Below, piece after piece: positions 58,952 to 64,000 of a stretch of 64,000 bases of DNA. Origin of the DNA: Eukaryota sp. TZLM1-RC (taxonomy: Eukaryota > Protista > Metamonada: BaSk clade); assembly GCA_040285825.1 (NCBI GenBank), contig JAUPSS010000008.1:620001-684000 (forward strand). Reading direction: 5' to 3'. Position 1 is the stretch's first letter. Every line of letters starts with the position of its first letter. Under the pieces are notes generated by a model, which had not been told where the DNA came from, searched no databases, and saw only the letters and a list, made by a program, of their open reading frames with translations. The position numbers were made by a program, and so were the translations under genes.

Positions 58952-59788
58952 CTATTTTGAGTTTATCCAATGTTTTAAAATAGTTTCATTAGACTCATTT
59001 ACAAATTGTTTGATTTCATCCCAAACAAGCCTCCCTAGTCCAAATAACAAAATATTCCAAGTTGTTTTAAAATCTGGGGAACTTTTAAAATCAACAATGA
59101 TTGATGAATTTGGTGACAACTTGGCAGGTCGCTTCCAGTTAAAAGCGATATCCAAATAATAAAGTCTATTTGATTCATCTAAATTGTTTACTTTTTCTAC
59201 AAACAATTCATACAATGACCAAACTTCATAGTGTTCAGTAACTCTGCGTTTAGGAAGGGGCCATTCATCTACTGATGATAAAACGATAATCAACAATTCA
59301 AGGCTTGGATTCGAGAATTGCTTCAACGTTTTGACAGAGATAAGATTAAATGGATATCTGGAGAAAAGAACTTGGTAGAAAATTTCTCTGTGTTCTAGAG
59401 AAGCTACCATTGGAATAAGTTCATCATAACTTTTGTTACCTCGATGACATTGCACAACTGTCTTGTAGAAATTATCCCAGCTAGACATTGATAGTGGACA
59501 ATCAAGCCCGAATGGTATTAGTGTTCCCATAAACTCATTGGGTGAGAAAGATGTACGATCAAGCAGAAGAAGATGAGATGCAATTAAGGAAATGACAAAA
59601 TCTTGATCATGATCTGACTCAATCAAGTATTGAATTGTTCTGATAGCCTTGCAGAAAACACGGATAGGATCACCGACGTTTGACCAATGTTGAAGTAAAG
59701 CGTCAACAGGGTTGTTGACGAAATCATGTATTAGAGTATTGATCTTGGGGTCATGCGGACTCAAAACGTTATGTTTTTTTGTCACCAT
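58952..59788 (-). CDS. Hypothetical protein
   Basis: Long open frame; start moved to ATG 59788 because the listed N-terminus reads through an antisense retrotransposon. Confidence 0.55.
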   Translation of the reverse strand: MVTKKHNVLSPHDPKINTLIHDFVNNPVDALLQHWSNVGDPIRVFCKAIRTIQYLIESDHDQDFVISLIASHLLLLDRTSFSPNEFMGTLIPFGLDCPLSMSSWDNFYKTVVQCHRGNKSYDELIPMVASLEHREIFYQVLFSRYPFNLISVKTLKQFSNPSLELLIIVLSSVDEWPLPKRRVTEHYEVWSLYELFVEKVNNLDESNRLYYLDIAFNWKRPAKLSPNSSIIVDFKSSPDFKTTWNILLFGLGRLVWDEIKQFVNESNETILKHWINSK

Positions 59789-59856
59789 GTGGAGTTTGGT
59801 GAAATGGATTTCTATTGTGTCTTCTAATTTTGAATTTGAAAACTCAAATCTACGCT

Positions 59857-60379
59857 TTGTCTCTGAATAATTTTGGTTCTGATGATAGAGGTGATGTATA
59901 CTGTGATTGGATTGATAATTCTGAAGCAATTGTTGACTTTGTCTCATGTAATGTTGCAAATGATACTTTGGTTCACAGAAAACTTAATCCTGTGACTGCT
60001 CTTGATTTTAAAGCAAATGAAAAACATAGAAAATATGACAAAGATATCGAAGAGGCTAATTCTGGTAGAAACACACCACTAGTTTTTATTGCTTTCCCAT
60101 TTTCGATAAACGGTAGACTATCAGTAGAAGCAGAAAATTTGATGAATGACTTCCAAAAAATGGTTCAAGAAGAAACAATGAAAAGATTTGACATTTTTTA
60201 TGGCGTTCTCGGATTCAATTTGCCATTATTAATAGATTACCTCGGTTTTTCTATCGAATAAGAGAAGCTTTAGCTAGACAGCAAGCAGATCAAGATTTTG
60301 TAGAGGAAATCTTGGTTCAATGACAGTCGTCCCATTAGTTATGAATTAATTTATTAAGTGTGCGGGTTCAATAAATATC
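59857..60379 (+). mobile_element. Non-LTR retrotransposon family R3, 3' fragment with probable 10-bp TSD
   Basis: SDDRGDVYCDW, KHRKY, PFSINGRL; flanks AATCTACGCT (59847-56) and AATCTACACT (60380-89). Confidence 0.88.
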
Positions 60380-60389
60380 AATCTACACT

Positions 60390-61060
60390 GTTTTCATTGG
60401 AAATGCATAATTATAATTATTACTTTCAATCATCATTCAAACTTATTCCAAGAACTTACATTCCTGTTGAGATCGTCCATAGACGTTCTAGAATCCTCGA
60501 ATAATTGGCCACCAATCTCAGTGAGCCCATTTCTCCTCTAGAACAATACGTAGCTTTGAAGCTAGTTTTTCTTTTCTTTGTGGTCTCTGGAACGCTTCTG
60601 GTCTTGTTCCATAGTAGTGCTCACTAATTGCAATTTCTAGCTGATTTAGTGATGTAGAAATGTCTCTAGACCATACTTGATTACATTCCGGACAACTGAA
60701 ATGGGCGTTTTGAACTTTAACTTCACCATCAACTTCTCGATAGATTTTTCGGTGTAGTAGCTTGCAGCAGTTCACCTTTGCAGATGTCATATATTCATCT
60801 CCGATTTTGACATTAGCAATTGAACAATGTAACAACTTGAGAAACGCCTTGAGTGGTCTTTTCACTTTTTGACGTGATGTACCACCACCTCCATTGCCAA
60901 ACCACACCTTTACTTCTCGACCATCTGCAAATTTTTTCACTTTGTTGATAATTGAGCTGAGTCTTTTCTGTTTTCTTATAAAGAAGTCAAATGTGTTGAG
61001 GAAATTGTTGTTAGTCAAAGCAGTTGTTTGTTTAATCAAGGGTGTTTGTAGATTCAATCA
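60390..61060 (-). mobile_element. Fanzor family B copy 3 (C-terminal half plus degenerate tail)
   Basis: VWFGNGGGG, GDEYMTSAKVNCC, CPECNQVWSRDISTSLNQ, RPEAFQR; tail end TATGCATTTCCAATGAAA matches copy B1 TATGCATTTCCGATGAAA. Confidence 0.85.
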
Positions 61061-62112
61061 ATTCGTAAAGTTTCACAATTCAATTTATTGATTCAGTACA
61101 AACTTGTTACCAAGGGAAGTGTCAGCACCCGTTTTTTCCTTCCCATTTCTTTCCCTCTTTGACGAAGAACCTTTTGCTCTTCGTTCAACTATATCTGAGT
61201 TCGCCATGGATCTTTGTGGAACTGTTGGCTTTTCTATTATAGCGATTATAGGTTTCGTTCAGTGTGCTCACACATTCACTATAAAAGATTGGATCCCATA
61301 AAATACACTAACATAAACAGTCTGCAGAAGCACTACTGTCTATTCTTGAGTCTAAACTCGAGTCTATTGCAGATCGTCCATCCCAAGCTGCGCCACCCCC
61401 TTCAGCTGCACTTCTTGTCTTGAAACTAGACATCTGAATACTTATTATAACCTTATCTCTCTACTTCGCCCTCTTCACACTTTTCACACTCTTTCTACTC
61501 ATCTATCCTCCATAGAAGATGTTCCTCCTGTCTTCACTTGTATTACCATCAGTTATCAATATACACCCTTACACCCTTAGTATCGTTTGTTCACTCTCTA
61601 CGAATCACTGCAATCTTAATCTACTCCAGTCTAACCTACTCCTGATATACATGAACTTCTAAAGTCTAATGAGCAGAAGACTTTTGAACTTACTGAACTC
61701 TAATTGAAACTGCATTGATGACACTTGTAATGTTAGTCAACATCTATTCCTTGCAGAGATTGATTTTGACCAATTTCATATTAATGCAGTGTGATACGAT
61801 GATAAGTCTGAAGTCATTCACGCTGCTATGAGTGAAACCTATCATCTTGAATTCAGGTTTTGACTCTTGAGAAAGAAGATTTTCTGGTTAATAACCTATT
61901 TCTGAACCTTCACTGTTTTGAATGTGCGTGTAGTATTTGTGTAAATACTAGTGAATAATATTTATATAATATTAGTGACGGTAGTATTATAGGTGATTTA
62001 AATTGTAACTAAAAGTGCTAATACTCACCACATAACTAATAGTTCCAAAATAAAATATTATCGATTCATCTTTTATTATAGTGTTCGTTCAAGTGTTTGT
62101 AAAAAGTATAGT

Positions 62113-62174
62113 GTTGGTGAAAGAAGTGGTGTGGTGAAAGAAGTGGTGTGGTGAAAGAAGTGGTGTGGTGAAAG
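62113..62174 (+). repeat. Tandem repeat, 17-bp unit GTGGTGAAAGAAGTGGT, about 3.5 copies
   Basis: Directly visible; no spacers. Confidence 0.9.
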
Positions 62175-62744
62175 AGGATTTTATAATTATGTGGACAAAA
62201 CGAAAGCCACTAATGAATTTCTATCAAAACGCACTTCTGGCTTTTGACCAATTCATGCAATTTTGATAGACGTTAAGCATACTTTAGTTCCATCACTATA
62301 TGATATCTACTGAATTTTTCCAAAGATACAACTCTAAAAAGGTCTGTTTTCGAATGCAGAATTGAAGGTGATAAAAAAACAAAAAAAACATCATCCAACC
62401 ACCTCCCAGTAGCAAAAAGGTCCAAGACTGTGTGACGAATTATCTCGTTCAAGGCAGTTGCCATTTGTCGTTTTTTCCTGGACAATATCGATCTCTATTA
62501 CAGCAACATTGCTGATTTTACATACTGCACTTTCAAGAATGTTTTCTTAGAACATTGTTAACCTTACATTAATCGATGAATAATCCTTACATATATTTTG
62601 AAGTATTTGATATCCAGTGCGAGAATTTGTTCTAAGTTCAAACATCTACAAATCCCGTTTGGGTTTTATGCTGTTGTGAATGTGTTATTTGAAGTAATTA
62701 AATGCCAGATTAATATAAAACTTACTTGCATTGTATCTTTATCA

Positions 62745-63611
62745 ATGCACAATGAAGAGAACTTCTCTTCATTCGCATGTGCATTAGAGTTCATAATTAG
62801 TCATACTTACTTCTTTCCAGAGCCCAATTACCTCAACTGTATTCAAAATGATGTCAATTTTACTGAATCAGTTCGAAGAACAATAATACATGCACTTCTA
62901 GAACTTGGTAATGCTTATGAATTTCCTCCTTCTACTTGTGTGCTTGCTATCACTTACCTGGAACGATTTTTGTCTTGTGAACCAGTTCAGCTCGCCAATT
63001 TACAGCTATTTGCTTCAGCTTGCTTCCTTATCGCCGCTAAAGTCGACGAGGCAACATGTGGATATAAATGTCGCCTAGAAGACCTGGCTCAATTAGCCGG
63101 TAATTCTTTTGAACCTTTACAACTAATAGAGGCTGAAAGAATCATTCTCAATGCACTGGACCATCGTCTGCTCAATGTGTCTCTCATTACTTTGGTTGAT
63201 GTCTTATTAGGGTCAATTGCTTCGACAAGCACTATTCTAGAATTTAAGTTATCTATCACAGACCATCAAGAATTACTTTTATCAAACCTATGCTATTTTC
63301 TTATTGAGTTGAGTATTTCTGAGTACAACATCCTTGCCTGGCATCCCTGTTCTGTTTGCATTTCTTGTATTTACGTATCTTGTAGAATATTAGAAATGGA
63401 AGAAGTTGAGTTTATAATTAAAGATTGTTTTGACTATTTAATGGCATTTATTGATGTTGACTTTAATCCTGATGTTTTGCTATTGAATGGGCATGTTTAT
63501 AATCTGTTCTTGCGAAGTAAAAGCAAAGGAATGGTTCCAAATTTTTTAAAAGATCCAGTGCCGGGAACGGTCCACGAAAAAGATACACAAAAGGGATGCA
63601 GACTCATGTAG
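62745..63611 (+). CDS. Cyclin (A/B-like cyclin box)
   Basis: RRTII..L.E, LAITYLERFLS, LQLFASACFLIAAKVDE, E..IL.AL; first ATG at 62745. Confidence 0.85.
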   Translation: MHNEENFSSFACALEFIISHTYFFPEPNYLNCIQNDVNFTESVRRTIIHALLELGNAYEFPPSTCVLAITYLERFLSCEPVQLANLQLFASACFLIAAKVDEATCGYKCRLEDLAQLAGNSFEPLQLIEAERIILNALDHRLLNVSLITLVDVLLGSIASTSTILEFKLSITDHQELLLSNLCYFLIELSISEYNILAWHPCSVCISCIYVSCRILEMEEVEFIIKDCFDYLMAFIDVDFNPDVLLLNGHVYNLFLRSKSKGMVPNFLKDPVPGTVHEKDTQKGCRLM

Positions 63612-63834
63612 TTGCAATGTATATTATTATTTTTAGTTTACCTAATTTATTTATTATTAATAATGTTTGGACTGTACTCTTCTTAATTGCTGTTGAGACG
63701 TTTATTTTGCATTAAAACTTTATCAAACTTTTTTTTCTTGTTATCGCTTTTTCCAATAGTGATGTTCAAACGACGGTTGTCACTCACATATCTTATCTTA
63801 TCATATGAGTTACCAATATGTGTTTTGAATTGAA

Positions 63835-63975
63835 GAGGATCAACAGGATTAAGTTTTGTTCTATGAGCCAAAGTGTCATTTGCAACATGTCAGTAGACAA
63901 AGTCAACAACAACTTTAGAGTTCTTAATTTAATATGATAATTTTTGATAATAATTGAGCATCACCTCTGTCCTCA
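63835..63975 (-). mobile_element. Degenerate R3 retrotransposon fragment
   Basis: Reverse strand shows GACAGAGGTGATG, GTTGCAAATGACACTTTGG, AACTTAATCCTGT as in other R3 copies. Confidence 0.65.
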
Positions 63976-64000
63976 AAACCACAAAAATTGAATGACGGTG

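Noticed and set aside
59789-59959. Retro-host fusion protein in ORF 58952-59959
   Set aside because: The extension is antisense retro sequence that happens to be open; there is no evidence it is translated.
62113-62174. 17-bp repeats as a CRISPR-like or guide array
   Set aside because: Units are directly adjacent with no spacers; simple minisatellite.

Overview
AT-rich, gene-dense eukaryotic DNA, most likely from a flagellated protist with a compact genome (inferred from CFAP65, delta-tubulin and 28-32 nt introns; standard genetic code). Recognisable host genes include PEN-2, Vps34, CFAP65, a broken TBC1D19-like gene, DDX55/SPB4, ALG10, YhhN/TMEM86, an LRR protein, SGTA, a Rap1-type Myb protein, a receiver-domain phosphodiesterase (RegA-like), delta-tubulin, RRS1, LST8 and a cyclin. 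They are interleaved with three classes of mobile DNA. (1) Many CRE-clade-like non-LTR retrotransposon copies (RT plus RLE endonuclease), mostly truncated and nested. (2) A 1.1 kb Gag-only LTR element plus a solo LTR. (3) At least seven degenerate Fanzor (eukaryotic TnpB) loci in three families, none with a recognisable transposase. The main finding: Fanzor families A and B end in a structured non-coding tail (putative omegaRNA) with a shared AATTC(A/T)CA terminus. In four clear cases, plus one reconstructed case, that terminus lies about 24-68 nt upstream of a host start codon on the same strand, so the predicted guide is the host 5' leader. Family A has Asn at the third RuvC catalytic Asp in all three copies, and a family B copy carries an N-terminal CCHC zinc knuckle. 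Smaller oddities are a threonyl-tRNA synthetase fragment inside a retroelement and an 82-bp double-hairpin insertion. All protein identifications are by motif recognition by eye, not database search, and many element boundaries are approximate.
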